DNA from: Gemmatimonadales bacterium
GTDB lineage: Bacteria > Gemmatimonadota > Gemmatimonadetes > Gemmatimonadales > GWC2-71-9
Reading direction: 5' to 3'
Assembly: GCA_036379675.1 (NCBI GenBank)
Contig: DASVGF010000051.1
Location: forward strand, 1-54,121
DNA length: 54,121 nucleotides
Shown: positions 40,334-49,135 of the stretch, in pieces
Position numbering within the stretch: the first letter of the stretch is position 1
Layout: every line of letters begins with the position of its first letter
Notes under the pieces: generated by a model
Databases searched by the model: none
Told to the model about the DNA's origin: nothing
The model's input: only the letters and a program-made list of their open reading frames with translations
Program-made: the position numbers and the translations under genes

Positions 40334-40804
40334 ATGCGTGTCTCCGTCCTCATCGTGGCGGCTGCTCTCGCGGCCTGCCGGGCTTCAGGCCAGCCCTCAG
40401 CGGCACCGGTGACCAGCCCCGACGCAGGCTTGAAACCCCAGATTACCGCCCAGCTCAGCCGGGCCGCCGGCGACTGGAATCGGGGTGACCTCGACGCCTT
40501 CCTGTCCGACTATGCGCCCGACAGCACCACGACCTTCGTGGATGGCTTCCGCTCGCGCCGCGGCTTCGCCTGGATCCGGGAGCATTACGCACCCCGCTTT
40601 ACCGGCCAGGCGCGCCGGGATAGCCTCCACTTCGAGGAAATCGAGACCCGGGCCCTCGGCCCCTCGTTTGCGCTCGTGACCGCCCGGTTCATTCTCGAGC
40701 GAGGCGGCCGGACCACCGCGAGCGGCCCGTTCACCCTCGTCATGGAGCGCCGGCCCGAAGGCTGGAAGATTCTTCACGACCATTCATCCAGTGATCCGCG
40801 TTAG
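40334..40804 (+). CDS. Lipoprotein with SnoaL-like/DUF4440 domain
   Basis: AAALAAC lipobox. AAGDWNRGDLDAFLSDYAPD ... GWKILHDHSS has the NTF2-like pattern. Confidence 0.65.
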   Translation: MRVSVLIVAAALAACRASGQPSAAPVTSPDAGLKPQITAQLSRAAGDWNRGDLDAFLSDYAPDSTTTFVDGFRSRRGFAWIREHYAPRFTGQARRDSLHFEEIETRALGPSFALVTARFILERGGRTTASGPFTLVMERRPEGWKILHDHSSSDPR

Positions 40805-40824
40805 CCGCCCGGGCCGGTAGCGCC

Positions 40825-41748
40825 ATGTCGCTCGATCGTACCGAGCCACTCACCGCTCCGGGCAGCACCCAGGAGGCTATCGAGCGGCTGCGGCTGTACT
40901 TTGCGGCGACCACCACCCGCCAGGGCATCCTCGCGCGCCAGGCGCTGGGGGAGCCGGCGCCCGGAGACGAGCTGCTGGGCCAGCGGCTGGCAGACGATAT
41001 GCGGGCCGAAACCCGGATGGATGGGAGCATCGCAGGAGCCGTGGTCCCTACCATCTGGCGCGCTCACGAGCTGCTCGACCTCGGATGCGACGGGGGTCAG
41101 GCCGGGACGGGGCGGGTAATGGGCTGGATTCTTCAGCTGCAGGGCAAGCCAGGAGCATTCAGCGAAGGCTGCAGCGCCCCGCGCCACGCCCATCGTACCT
41201 GCCAGCATTTCATCTCGGGGTTCTTTTCGCCCGCGCCGCCAGGACAGCGGCTCACCCCGGTCATGCTGCCCAACGGGAAGGTATTCCGGGCAGAGCCGGC
41301 CGCCCGGTTCGCCATCAGCTGCATGGCTCTGCGCGCGGCGCTCCGGGCGCGAATGGAAGACCGGCCCGAGGTCCGGCAGCACCTCCTGGGACTGCTGCAG
41401 CTCCAGGAACAGTGGGAGGACTGGGACGGGTACTTTTCCGCGGATGCGATAATCGCCGGCATCCACGCGCTGGCGTTCGCGCCGGAGCCCCATCGCGCCG
41501 GGCTGCCCCGGCTGGCGTCAATTGTGGCGGCCAATCAGGCGGCCGACGGTACCTGGCCCCACGCCGACCTGTTCCACACCCTGGAGGCCCTGCGCGCGCT
41601 GAGCTCCGCCGAGGCCCACACCGCGGTTCGCCGGGCCGTGCCCGCCCTGTTGGCGCGGCAACGGATCGACGGTAGCTTCGGCGCAACCGCCCAGCAGGAG
41701 CGGGCCCTGATAGCGCTGCGCGCGCTGCTCTGGTCGGAAAGGGACTAG
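40825..41748 (+). CDS. Prenyltransferase/squalene-cyclase-like alpha/alpha-toroid repeat protein
   Basis: Repeated Q..DGS/T motifs (RMDGSIAG, QAADGTWPH, QRIDGSFG). Its stop TAG abuts the selD ATG (TAGATG). Confidence 0.45.
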   Translation: MSLDRTEPLTAPGSTQEAIERLRLYFAATTTRQGILARQALGEPAPGDELLGQRLADDMRAETRMDGSIAGAVVPTIWRAHELLDLGCDGGQAGTGRVMGWILQLQGKPGAFSEGCSAPRHAHRTCQHFISGFFSPAPPGQRLTPVMLPNGKVFRAEPAARFAISCMALRAALRARMEDRPEVRQHLLGLLQLQEQWEDWDGYFSADAIIAGIHALAFAPEPHRAGLPRLASIVAANQAADGTWPHADLFHTLEALRALSSAEAHTAVRRAVPALLARQRIDGSFGATAQQERALIALRALLWSERD

Positions 41749-42822
41749 ATGAGCGGCAAGCCGATCGACCAGAAACCGAGGATCAGATTGACCGCGCTGT
41801 CGCACGGCGCCGGCTGAGCCTGCAAGCTCGGCTCGGCCGACCTGGCGCAGGTCCTGCGCCTTCTGCCCAGCGTAAAGGACCCCCGGGTCCTCATCGACGC
41901 CGCCAGCAAGGACGACGCCGCCGTCTTTGTCTTGTCTCCCGAGCGCGCGCTGGTGGCCACGGTCGACTTCTTCACCCCTATCGTCGACAACCCTGCCTCG
42001 TGGGGCGCCATCGCGGTCGCCAACGCCCTGAGCGACATCTATGCGATGGGGGCCACGCCGCTCTTCGGCCTCAACCTGGTGGGATGGCCCCGCGAGCAGC
42101 TACCCATGGAGATGCTGGGCGAGGTGCTCCGCGGCGCCGCCGAGGTGGCGGAGCGGGCCCGGTGTCTCGTTCTCGGGGGCCACACCATCGATGCGGTCGA
42201 GCCCACCTTCGGCATGGCCATCATCGGCGACGTGCATCCCGACGGGATGCTGACCAACGCCGGTGCGTGCGCCGGTGATGTGCTGGTGTTGACCAAACCC
42301 ATCGGGACGGGAATTCTGGCCACCGCGCTCAAGCGGGACGCACTGATCGAGGCCGGCATGGCCGAGGCGGTGCGATCCATGACCACGCTGAACGACGGCG
42401 CTGCCCGGGCGGCGTTGCGGGTGGGAGTCAGCGCGGCCACCGATGTCACCGGCTTCGGACTGATCGGCCACCTGACCAATATGCTCGAGGCCAGCAAGGT
42501 GGCGGCGGAGATCGCGTTCGAGGCCATTCCCATCCTGCCCCACGCCCGGAACCTCGCCTCGCGCGGCATCGTCCCGGGCGGCACCGAGCGCAACCTCCAG
42601 GCGGCCACCCAGGTGGAATGGTCTCCCGAGATCGGACAGGCCGACCGCTACCTCTGCGTGGACGCCCAGACCTCCGGCGGCCTGCTGCTGGCGGTGCCGG
42701 CGGAGAACGAGGCGGCCCTGGTCAGCGCGCTGAAGGAAGAGCGCACCCCGGCGGCCGCGGTGATCGGTAGGGTTGTCGCCGGCAAGGCGGGACAGGTCAG
42801 AGTCACCCGCAAGCTCGGCTAA
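41749..42822 (+). CDS. selD: Selenide, water dikinase (selenophosphate synthetase) with in-frame UGA = selenocysteine at codon 23
   Basis: From ATG 41749: MSGKPIDQKPRIRLTALSHGAG-TGA(41815-41817)-ACKLGSADLAQVL..., colinear with E. coli [25 protein letters not shown] (Cys17). The rest (track ORF 41932-42822) has DDAAV, VDFFTPIVD, SDIYAMG, GGHTID, TDVTGFGL and GGTERN motifs. Confidence 0.85.
41828..41859 (+). promoter_or_regulatory. Candidate SECIS region downstream of the selD UGA
   Basis: Alternative GC hairpins 11-45 nt after UGA: UCGGC-UCG-GCCGA (41828-41840), GACCUG-GCG-CAGGUC (41839-41853) and GCGCAG-GUC-CUGCGC (41845-41859). No proper SECIS model was run. Confidence 0.35.
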
Positions 42823-42829
42823 AGCGAAT

Positions 42830-43078
42830 GTGTTGTCTGAGGAGCTCCTCCTAGTGCCGCCAATTCGCTGGACAGCCCAAAGGATGGACCAGCTCGAGAG
42901 CGCCGCCCGGCGCGGCCTCCGGGTGGCGCTCGACCGTCGTGGCACCGAGTACATCGTGGTGGCGTTGCGGGTAACCTCGGTGGATCAGCACGATGCGCTG
43001 GTTGCCCGGCTCCCCATGACCGGAGAAGAGCTCACCTTCCGGCTCGACGACATCTCGAGCTTTCAGGTGATCGAGTGA
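42830..43078 (+). CDS. Hypothetical small protein (82 aa), translationally coupled to rnhA
   Basis: GTG 42830 after the selD stop. Its stop overlaps the rnhA start (GTGA at 43075-43078). Confidence 0.45.
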   Translation: MLSEELLLVPPIRWTAQRMDQLESAARRGLRVALDRRGTEYIVVALRVTSVDQHDALVARLPMTGEELTFRLDDISSFQVIE

Positions 43079-43689
43079 GCGTGGTGGCCGTCGTACACCT
43101 CGATGAGAGCTGCCTCGGCAACGGACGGGATGGGGAGAACGCAGGCGGCTATGCCGGCCTCATCGAGGTACGGACGCGTTCGCAGATCCAGCGGCGGGAC
43201 TTCTACGGGCACTCGCCGGCCACCACCAACAATCGGATGGCCCTCACCGGTGCCACCCGCGCGCTGGAGCTGCTCGGCGGTAAAGGGGCCCGGCTGCACG
43301 CGCTGATGGTGTCGGACTCGGAATACCTGGTCAAAGGAATGCGTATGTGGGTGACTGGCTGGCAGGCGCGGGGCTGGAAGCGGGCCGGCGGCCCCATCGA
43401 GAACCTCCAGCTCTGGCAGGACCTGGTCGCGGCAGCCGGCAAGCATGACTTGCAGTGGGCCTGGGTCCGCGGGCATGCGGGCCACCCGAAAAACGAGTAC
43501 GTGGATATGCTCGCGGTGGCGGCGGCACGGGAGCAGACGAGCACACCGGGAGCGGTGGAATCAGGCTTCCTGCAATGGCTCGCTGGGAAACTCGCAAAGG
43601 GCAAATACCTGGAGTACGACCCCGACAGGGAATTCGACCAGCTGGCGCAAAGAGTCGCTGCCGGCGAGTCATTTCCGCTGGCGATATGA
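43075..43689 (+). CDS. rnhA: Ribonuclease HI with ~55-aa C-terminal extension
   Basis: DESCLGN, TNNRMAL, SDSEYLV, GW..RGWK and WAWVRGHAGHPKNEYVD align with E. coli RNase HI catalytic D/E/D/D motifs. Confidence 0.88.
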   Translation: MSVVAVVHLDESCLGNGRDGENAGGYAGLIEVRTRSQIQRRDFYGHSPATTNNRMALTGATRALELLGGKGARLHALMVSDSEYLVKGMRMWVTGWQARGWKRAGGPIENLQLWQDLVAAAGKHDLQWAWVRGHAGHPKNEYVDMLAVAAAREQTSTPGAVESGFLQWLAGKLAKGKYLEYDPDREFDQLAQRVAAGESFPLAI

Positions 43690-43690
43690 C

Positions 43691-43735
43691 TCACTCCAGC
43701 TCACCTCTCACCTCTCACCTCTCACCTCTCACCCC
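43691..43735. repeat. Tandem heptamer repeat (TCACCTC)x4.9
   Basis: TCACTCC-AGC-TCACCTC TCACCTC TCACCTC TCACCTC TCACCC between convergent rnhA and the 43722-44582 ORF, whose stop lies in the repeat. Confidence 0.9.
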
Positions 43736-44582
43736 GGATGGCGTAGCTCGCCATCACCCTGCCGGTCACCGCATCGCCCGGCGCGCCGTAGATCTGCCCG
43801 CTCAGGGCCAGTCGGCCTCCCGGGCTCCAGGTAGCGCCTCCGAACAGCGCCGCCTGAGTCAGGTCTACCTCGACCTTTCGATTGTCGGTCTCGCCGAATT
43901 GATCGGTGAAGTTCACCTGGAATCGCGGGTGGAGCAGGTTGAGCCCTCCCCCCACGAATGGTCGTACCCGTCCCTCAGCCAACGGCCAGGATAGCGTGCC
44001 TTCCAAGCCGAAGATGTTGGGGTGATAGCGGTCGTCCGACCGGGTTCCCTGGTAACACACGCTCGCCGGGTCCTGCAGCGCCTCGTCGTTACAGGTGATC
44101 GGAGCGCGAATACGGCCAATGGTGCCGTGCGCTCGAAGGGTCATCAGCGCCCGCCGGCCCAGCGGAAACGGCCGCTGGACGGAGAGGCCTACCAGGTTGG
44201 CCTTCACATCGTTCAATGGAATGGGCGGCACCCAGCTCGCTTCGAGCATCAACCCCGCCGGAAGCTCGACCGATACTCGGGGGCGGGGAAAGGCAAACAG
44301 CAGATCGGTGTTCTCGGGACCTTTGCCAGGCCGGCAGGTCGTGGGGGTGCGGGTCTCCTCGTCGATGTTGGGCAGGTAGGTGACCTCGAGCGCAAGCCGG
44401 ACCCCGCCCGGCATCGGGATCAGCGGCGCCCCGGCTACCGAGTAGGCCAGCGGCACGGACAGCTCGGCAAAGAGCTGCGCTTCGTTCGAGGTCTTGGAGG
44501 GGAAGCAGTCGGGCAGCTGGCCCCAGGCAATAGCCGGGAGCAGCAGGAGGCCCGCGCCCGGGCCGGCGGTCAAGCCACGCAT
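43722..44582 (-). CDS. Exported/outer-membrane beta-barrel-like protein of unknown function
   Basis: Signal peptide MRGLTAGPGAGLLLLPAIAWGQ. Beta-rich alternating pattern. Confidence 0.55.
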   Translation of the reverse strand: MRGLTAGPGAGLLLLPAIAWGQLPDCFPSKTSNEAQLFAELSVPLAYSVAGAPLIPMPGGVRLALEVTYLPNIDEETRTPTTCRPGKGPENTDLLFAFPRPRVSVELPAGLMLEASWVPPIPLNDVKANLVGLSVQRPFPLGRRALMTLRAHGTIGRIRAPITCNDEALQDPASVCYQGTRSDDRYHPNIFGLEGTLSWPLAEGRVRPFVGGGLNLLHPRFQVNFTDQFGETDNRKVEVDLTQAALFGGATWSPGGRLALSGQIYGAPGDAVTGRVMASYAIRGER

Positions 44583-44597
44583 CCTCGGGTCCTTTGC

Positions 44598-44626
44598 TTG
44601 ACAGTGGGTTAGGCGACCTCTAACCT
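44598..44626 (+). promoter_or_regulatory. Candidate sigma70-type promoter for 44659 gene
   Basis: TTGACA (44598-44603), 17 nt spacer, TAACCT (44621-44626), 32 nt upstream of the GTG start. Confidence 0.35.
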
Positions 44627-44658
44627 GCGTTCCACATCGCCTTTCCGCGAGGCTACGA

Positions 44659-45276
44659 GTGACCGAGGTGGAGCGCCTCTTCCGTCAGATCGTGCGGAAT
44701 CTGTCCGCCACCGATCCCTCACGGCTGCGCCGCCCGCTTGCCCTAGGCGACATCCGCGATCGCATTGTGCCGTATCGCACCAGCCGGCGGCCGCTCGAGC
44801 TGGAGAGCAGCGAGGACTACGAGCTGGCGCTCATCCGGCTGTGTGCCGGCGAGGGCGGCTTCGCGCGGACCGAGCCGGCCGAAGCCCGCGCGGAGCTCCA
44901 GGCCGAGGTCACCAGCCCCAACCCGGACCTCGGTATCCTGAGAAAATACGGCGACGCGATGGTGTCCCTCGAAGCGAGCCTGGTTGCCCACGCGCTGGAT
45001 CCCGTCCCCGACCGGGCTTTCGCTCCACCGGACCACCCGGTTCCGCGGATCGAGATAGGAGAGCCCATCATGGCGCCGGTGGCGTCGCCGGAAGAGGCGG
45101 CTCCCCCTCGCTGTTCCCACTGCAAAGGCAAACTGCCCCGCCGGCGACCTGCCAATTTCTGTCCTCACTGCGGCCGGAGCCAGGCGCTGACTCACTGCCC
45201 GGTATGCGAGGAGGAGGTCGAGGCCGGATGGCGTCACTGCGTGAGCTGCGGCTACCTGATCGGCGACGGGCCATAA
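44659..45276 (+). CDS. Protein with C-terminal double zinc-ribbon
   Basis: C-terminus CSHCKGK...FCPHCG...HCPVCEEEV...HCVSCG holds four CxxC pairs. GTG start. Confidence 0.6.
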   Translation: MTEVERLFRQIVRNLSATDPSRLRRPLALGDIRDRIVPYRTSRRPLELESSEDYELALIRLCAGEGGFARTEPAEARAELQAEVTSPNPDLGILRKYGDAMVSLEASLVAHALDPVPDRAFAPPDHPVPRIEIGEPIMAPVASPEEAAPPRCSHCKGKLPRRRPANFCPHCGRSQALTHCPVCEEEVEAGWRHCVSCGYLIGDGP

Positions 45277-45298
45277 CCCGGGTCGCTATATTTCTCGC

Positions 45299-46507
45299 GT
45301 GTCCCAACCCCACTCGAATTCCGTCGTTTTTCTCTCCGGCGTTCGCACCGGTTTCGGCTCCTTCGGCGGCACGCTGAAGGACCTCTCGGCCACCGACCTT
45401 GGGGTCATCGCGGCCCAGGGCGCCCTGAGCCGTGCGAGCGTGCCCGCCGAAGCCGTGGATCACGTCGTCTTCGGCAACGTGCTCCAGACGTCGGCCGATG
45501 CCATCTATCTCGCCCGCCACATCGGCCTCCGATCGGGCCTCCCGGTGGACACCCCCGCGCTCACGGTCAACCGCCTGTGCGGCTCCGGTTTCGAGGCCGT
45601 GATTCAGGCGGCGCAGCAGATTGTGCTGGGCGAGTCGCAGGTCGTCCTGGCCGGGGGGACCGAGTCGATGAGCCAGGCGCCCCACGTGGTTCGGGGTGCG
45701 CGCTGGGGCCTCAGGCTCGGTCCCCCCGCGCCGCTCGAAGACAGCCTGTGGGAGGCGCTGCGAGATCCCGGCTGCGGACTCTCCATGGCGGAGACAGCGG
45801 AGAGGCTGGCGGAAAAATACCGGATCGGGCGCCAGGCAGTGGACTGCTACGCGGCACGCAGCCAGGCCGCCGCCGCCGCCGCGTGGGACTCGGGTGCCTT
45901 CGCCGACGAGGTCATCCCCGTCCCGATCAAGAATCGGAAGACCGGCCAGACCGACAGCTGGATGGCCGACGAGCACCTGCGCCGGGGGACCACGGTGGAG
46001 GGGCTGGCCAAGCTGGCCCCCTACTTCAAGAAGGACGGCGTGGTGACGGCCGGGAACGCGTCAGGTATTTGCGATGGGGCCGCCGCGCTGGTGCTGGCCT
46101 CCGAGCGTTTTGCGACCGAACGCGGTGTGCGCCCGCTGGGCCGCCTCGTGGCCTGGGCCAGTGTCGGTGTCGAGCCGGCCCTCATGGGGATCGGCCCCGC
46201 GCCGGCCTCCCGGAAGGCGCTGGCCCGCGCCGGCCTGAAACTCGACGACATGGATCTCGTCGAAGTGAACGAGGCGTTCGCCGCCCAGTACCTGGCCGTC
46301 GAGCAGGAGCTCGGGCTCGACCGCGAGCGGACCAATGTGGAGGGTGGGGCGGTGGCCATCGGCCACCCGCTGGGAGCGAGCGGGGCACGGATCACCCTGC
46401 ACCTGCTGCATGCGCTGCGGCGGACCGGAGGTCGTTATGGGTTGGGCAGCGCCTGCATCGGTGGCGGGCAGGGGGCGGCAGTGGTGGTCGAAGCCTTTTC
46501 CGGGTGA
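45299..46507 (+). CDS. Acetyl-CoA C-acetyltransferase (thiolase II)
   Basis: VNRLCGSGFEAV active-site Cys, NEAFAAQ, GGAVAIGHPLGASG and CIGGGQG motifs. Confidence 0.92.
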   Translation: MSQPHSNSVVFLSGVRTGFGSFGGTLKDLSATDLGVIAAQGALSRASVPAEAVDHVVFGNVLQTSADAIYLARHIGLRSGLPVDTPALTVNRLCGSGFEAVIQAAQQIVLGESQVVLAGGTESMSQAPHVVRGARWGLRLGPPAPLEDSLWEALRDPGCGLSMAETAERLAEKYRIGRQAVDCYAARSQAAAAAAWDSGAFADEVIPVPIKNRKTGQTDSWMADEHLRRGTTVEGLAKLAPYFKKDGVVTAGNASGICDGAAALVLASERFATERGVRPLGRLVAWASVGVEPALMGIGPAPASRKALARAGLKLDDMDLVEVNEAFAAQYLAVEQELGLDRERTNVEGGAVAIGHPLGASGARITLHLLHALRRTGGRYGLGSACIGGGQGAAVVVEAFSG

Positions 46508-46515
46508 GCTGAGCC

Positions 46516-47382
46516 ATGGATCTCGCAGTCGGGGCGCTGGCGTTCGCGGTGATCTACTCGTTCCTCAGCATGCGGGTCCTGCGTCAGTACGAGCGGGGGG
46601 TCGCCTTTTTCCTGGGCCGCTACTGGGGCACCAAGGGCCCCGGGCTCATCTTCCTGCCGGCCGGCTTCGCCAGTCAGAAGCGGGTCTCGCTCCGAATCTC
46701 AGCCGTCGATATCCCGCCCCAGGACGTGATCACCCGTGACAACGTATCGGTCAAGGTCAACGCGGTGCTGTACATGCGGGTGAGCGAGCCGGCCAAGGCG
46801 GTGATCGAGATCGAGGACTATATGTATGCCACGAGCCAGCTGGCCCAGACCACACTGCGCTCCGTGCTGGGCGAGGTGGAGCTGGACGAGCTGCTGTCCG
46901 ATCGGGAGAAGATCAACGCCGTGCTCAAGAAGATCATCGACGAGCGCACCGAGGCCTGGGGTATCGAGGTCTCCGCGGTGGAGGTGAAGGACGTGGACCT
47001 GCCCGATCAGATGAAGCGGGCCATGGCGCGGCAGGCCGAGGCCGAGCGCGAGCGCCGGGCCAAGGTGATCAACGCTCAGGGCGAGCTCCAGGCCTCCGAG
47101 ACCCTGGCGCAGGCGGCCCGGCAGCTGGCCACCGAGCCTACCGCATTGCAGCTCCGCTACCTCCAGACGGTCACCGAGATCGCGGCCGAGAACAACTCGA
47201 CCACCATCTTTCCCATTCCGATGGAGCTCTTCCGTCCTTTCCTGGCCCCGCCCGCGGCGCCCGGCCCCAGGGCCGTAGGATCGGCTGAGCCGTCCGGACC
47301 CGCCCTGCCCGCGGCCGACATCTCATCGCTGATGTCCCAGCTCCGCATCCAGGCCGCCGCCAAAGACCCTGCGCAGGAATAG
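46516..47382 (+). CDS. SPFH/band-7 (stomatin-like) protein
   Basis: N-terminal [36 protein letters not shown], coiled-coil [13 protein letters not shown]. Confidence 0.88.
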   Translation: MDLAVGALAFAVIYSFLSMRVLRQYERGVAFFLGRYWGTKGPGLIFLPAGFASQKRVSLRISAVDIPPQDVITRDNVSVKVNAVLYMRVSEPAKAVIEIEDYMYATSQLAQTTLRSVLGEVELDELLSDREKINAVLKKIIDERTEAWGIEVSAVEVKDVDLPDQMKRAMARQAEAERERRAKVINAQGELQASETLAQAARQLATEPTALQLRYLQTVTEIAAENNSTTIFPIPMELFRPFLAPPAAPGPRAVGSAEPSGPALPAADISSLMSQLRIQAAAKDPAQE

Positions 47383-47383
47383 C

Positions 47384-48220
47384 ATGGCCGAGGGCAACGG
47401 ACCCGCGCGGATCGATCGAGCCGCGCTTGAACGGATCATTCAGCGGGCGGCCGAGCTGCAGACCGCTGAGCACGAGATCGGCGACAGCATGACCTCGGAC
47501 GAGCTGATGGCGCTGGGCCGGGAGGTCGGGATTCCGGGCCGCTATCTCCAGCAGGCCATGCTCGAGGAGCGCACCCGGCTGGGCACCGTGGGGGCCACGG
47601 GCCTGGTCCAGCGGGTGGCCGGTCCGGGCCAAATTACGGTTCAGCGCGTGGTGGCGGGCGAGCAGGACTCGATCGAGCAGAACCTGCTTCGCTGGATCGA
47701 GCACAATGAGCTGTTCTGCGTGCAGCGGCAGAAGCCAGGACGCATCACCTGGGAGCCGATCGGCGGCATCCAGGCCGCCATCCGCCGTTCCACCGCCGCG
47801 CTGGGCTCGGGCAAACGGCCGTTCATGCTTTCGCGCGCAGCCACCGTGTCGGCCACGGTGGTTCCGCTCGAGCCCGGCTACGCCCACGTGACGCTGACCG
47901 CCGATACCAAAAACCTCCGGAACGAGTACGTCGCGGCGGGATCACTCCTTGCCGGGGCCGGCGTGGGCGGCACCGCCATCCTCGTTGCCCTGGGCGCTCT
48001 GCTGCCGCTGGCGCTCCTCCCGTTGCCGGTGGCCTTCGGCTTCGGGTATGGCATCCTCAGGCGCTATGGCCCGGTCGTGGCCCGCATTCATCTGGGCCTC
48101 GAGCGGGCGCTCGACTTCCTGGAGCAAGGCAATCCGAAGGCGCACCACCAACTCCCCGACCGCTCCGCCGGGATCCTCGGCCTTCTGGCGGACGAAGTGC
48201 GGAAGGCTCTGAAATCGTGA
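47384..48220 (+). CDS. Hypothetical membrane protein (soluble N-domain plus 2 C-terminal TM helices)
   Basis: ATG 2 nt after the SPFH stop. Hydrophobic hairpin AGSLLAGAGVGGTAILVALGALLPLALLPLPVAFGFGYGIL. Confidence 0.55.
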   Translation: MAEGNGPARIDRAALERIIQRAAELQTAEHEIGDSMTSDELMALGREVGIPGRYLQQAMLEERTRLGTVGATGLVQRVAGPGQITVQRVVAGEQDSIEQNLLRWIEHNELFCVQRQKPGRITWEPIGGIQAAIRRSTAALGSGKRPFMLSRAATVSATVVPLEPGYAHVTLTADTKNLRNEYVAAGSLLAGAGVGGTAILVALGALLPLALLPLPVAFGFGYGILRRYGPVVARIHLGLERALDFLEQGNPKAHHQLPDRSAGILGLLADEVRKALKS

Positions 48221-48229
48221 CCGCGCGCC

Positions 48230-49135
48230 ATGACTGACATCGAGAAGGTGGGCGTAGTCGGCTGCGGGCTCATGGGGAGCGGCATTGCCCAGGTCGCGGC
48301 GTGTGCGGGGTTCCCCACCAAGGTACACGACGTCGCCGAGTCATACCTGGCCAAGGGACGAGCGGGAATAGTGAAATCGCTCGGCCGGATGATGGAGCGC
48401 GAGAAGATCACGGCCCAGGTGCGGGACCAGGCGCTGGGACGGCTGAGCTTTGTCACCGATCTCACGGCCCTCAGCGACTGCGACATCGTTATCGAGGCCG
48501 TCACCGAAGATCTCGAGCTCAAGAATCGGCTGTGGCGCGAGCTGGACCGTGCCTGCGCACCCGGGACGATCTTTGCCTCCAATACCTCGAGCCTCACCAT
48601 CGCGTCCATGGCCGCGGCTACCCGGCGGGCCGACCGCTTCGTGGGCCTCCACTTCTTCAATCCGGTTCCGATGATGCCGCTGGTCGAGGTCGTCCGCGCC
48701 TCCAGCACCAGCGCGGAGACGTTCGACCGGGCCTTCGCCTTTGCCGCGGCCCTCGGAAAGGAGCCGGTGGCGGCGGTGGACAGCCCGGGCTTCATCGTGA
48801 ACCTCCTGCTGGTTCCCTTCCTGCTGGACTCGGTTCGGGCGCTGGAACGGGGGGCCGCGTCCACCGTCCACCTCGACCGCGCCATGCAGCTCGGCTGCGG
48901 CCACCCCATGGGCCCGCTATCGCTGATGGACTTCATCGGACTGGACACGGTCGTCCGCATTGCCGACATCATGTTCGAGGCCTACGGCGACAGCCGGTAT
49001 GCCGCGCCGGCCCTGCTCCGCCGGATGACCGAGCAGGGACTGCATGGCAAGAAAAGCGGGAAGGGGTTTTATGATTACTCAGCTGATCCACCAAGACCGG
49101 TCGACCTCATCCAGCAGGTACGCAGTAAGCGGTAA
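48230..49135 (+). CDS. hbd: 3-hydroxybutyryl-CoA dehydrogenase
   Basis: VGVVGCGLMGSGIAQV Rossmann motif, SNTSSL, HFFNPVP and GFIVNRLL-like (GFIVNLLL) motifs. Confidence 0.9.
   Translation: MTDIEKVGVVGCGLMGSGIAQVAACAGFPTKVHDVAESYLAKGRAGIVKSLGRMMEREKITAQVRDQALGRLSFVTDLTALSDCDIVIEAVTEDLELKNRLWRELDRACAPGTIFASNTSSLTIASMAAATRRADRFVGLHFFNPVPMMPLVEVVRASSTSAETFDRAFAFAAALGKEPVAAVDSPGFIVNLLLVPFLLDSVRALERGAASTVHLDRAMQLGCGHPMGPLSLMDFIGLDTVVRIADIMFEAYGDSRYAAPALLRRMTEQGLHGKKSGKGFYDYSADPPRPVDLIQQVRSKR

Noticed and set aside
43691-43735. Heptamer and inverted-repeat tracts considered as a CRISPR array.
   Set aside because: The units are 7 nt and directly abutting, with no spacers. There are no cas genes and no 25-40-nt repeats.
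44605-44628. GGTTAGGC-GACC-TCTAACC, containing the attC core GTTAGGC far outside the array.
   Set aside because: The order is R'-like then R''-like, with only a 6-bp stem and no arms. It overlaps a good TTGACA-17-TAACCT promoter candidate, so it is treated as coincidence.
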